64,000 nucleotides of DNA from the NCBI GenBank assembly GCA_964276515.1, contig OZ193909.1, forward strand, positions 7,502,001-7,566,000, written 5' to 3'. Positions 63,101-64,000 of the stretch are shown one piece after another (the first letter of the stretch is position 1; the number at the start of each line of letters is the position of its first letter). Source of the stretch: Gordius albopunctatus. Taxonomy: Eukaryota. The position numbers and the translations under genes are program-made. The notes beneath the pieces were generated by a model. The model did not search any database. It saw only the letters and a program-made list of their open reading frames with translations, and had not been told where the DNA came from.

Positions 63101-64000
63101 ACCTAGAGGCCCTCTAAGACTAACGGCTGACTTATCAATGATAGACCAAAATCATCTGGTCAGTTTTTCTATTTTTGACGAAGCCTAGAGTTGACTAAAC
63201 AAAACCCAGGCCTTTTTAAAACACTGCTATAATCTTTAAACGTTTCGATAATATTTTTACTTACAAAATACGTATGAAGCTTTTTAACGAATATTTTTTT
63301 TACATTAAAAGTTTATTTGTTAAAAAATCCGTTGTCATTAATATAAAATAGATACATAAAATACACATATAACAAAATGAAATATAAACTATTCTCTATA
63401 TCATCGTGTTATTACAATTTGTTACCATTTATGATCCTTTATGAGGCGGTCAATAGTATTGGCCGACTCTAGTGTTATAAAAACGACTTGGTTTTGTTGG
63501 TCGACCTTTGGTCTTAGTCGCATAAACAACAGATCAAAGATGATTTGTTGGTCAAACCTTTGGTCTGTTCATGGGTGTAGCTAGCATTGAAATTAGAGAG
63601 GGGCAACAATGATTTAGGGACGGACAAAATTACCTTTTTTTGAAATTTTAGCCATGATTTGCATAAATTTCAACAATTTTTTGAATTTAGAGGACTGTCC
63701 CCAGCTACGCCCATGGGTCTGTTTATGTTTAGTCGACTGAAAGCAAAGATCAACCAAACCTTATGATCTACTTAATTTCCCAGTATTAGAATTGTCTAAA
63801 AATATTGTCCATAGCTAATATGAACGAGCATTTACACTTTTACGTTTGGAAAAATGGATGATCCTAATGCAGGCTTACCGCCCGGATTTGGCGGCTATCG
63901 CTGACGAAATAGATCGTAGACCGGATAGGGGGCTGTCTTTGCTGAGCATTCAATCGGACGCCAGCTATTCTTCGTCATCTTCATCTAGCAGTAGCAGCAG
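57154..64000 (+). CDS. JMJD6: Bifunctional arginine demethylase / lysyl hydroxylase JMJD6 (PSR); runs off the window end
   Basis: Exons 57154-57205, 57254-57459, 60584-60742, 61207-61403, 62056-62203, 62722-62910 and 63873->64000 join in frame. [58 protein letters not shown] and the poly-Ser tract. Confidence 0.97.
63002..63215. mobile_element. Probable MITE in a JMJD6 intron
   Basis: Imperfect ~24-bp TIR aaaagacctcggctatgtttagtc / gactaaacaaaacccaggcctttt. Confidence 0.6.
63570..63715. mobile_element. hAT-type MITE in a JMJD6 intron
   Basis: catgggtgtagct...agctacgcccatg; perfect TSD GGTCTGTT. Confidence 0.92.

Overview
AT-rich metazoan (invertebrate-like) genomic DNA, dense in transposons, with three host genes. 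These are a divergent FMRFamide-receptor-like class A GPCR (13931-~15322, -), a 5-exon tachykinin-receptor-like GPCR (27434-~46817, -; 17 kb intron) and JMJD6 (57154->64000, +; 7 exons seen). Mobile DNA comprises two LTR-bounded Ty3/Gypsy (Mag-like) elements plus a relic, RTE-clade LINEs, several non-autonomous hAT elements and MITEs with 8-bp TSDs, and a non-autonomous Helitron. The stand-out is the young LTR element at 20-7022 (-). It has a Mag-type PR-RT-RH-IN pol but no capsid Gag that I can recognise. It carries instead a small TM + double-CCHC ORF, an unknown ~295-aa domain fused to protease, and a post-integrase ORF with two atypical CX2CX5HX4C knuckles that is in frame with an 11-codon leader mini-exon through consensus splice sites, an env-like expression layout. 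Also notable: both LTR elements appear to end TG...AA rather than TG...CA, and a full-length RTE LINE begins with a tRNA-derived head inside its TSD. All calls were made by eye, with no database searches; splice models are predictions.
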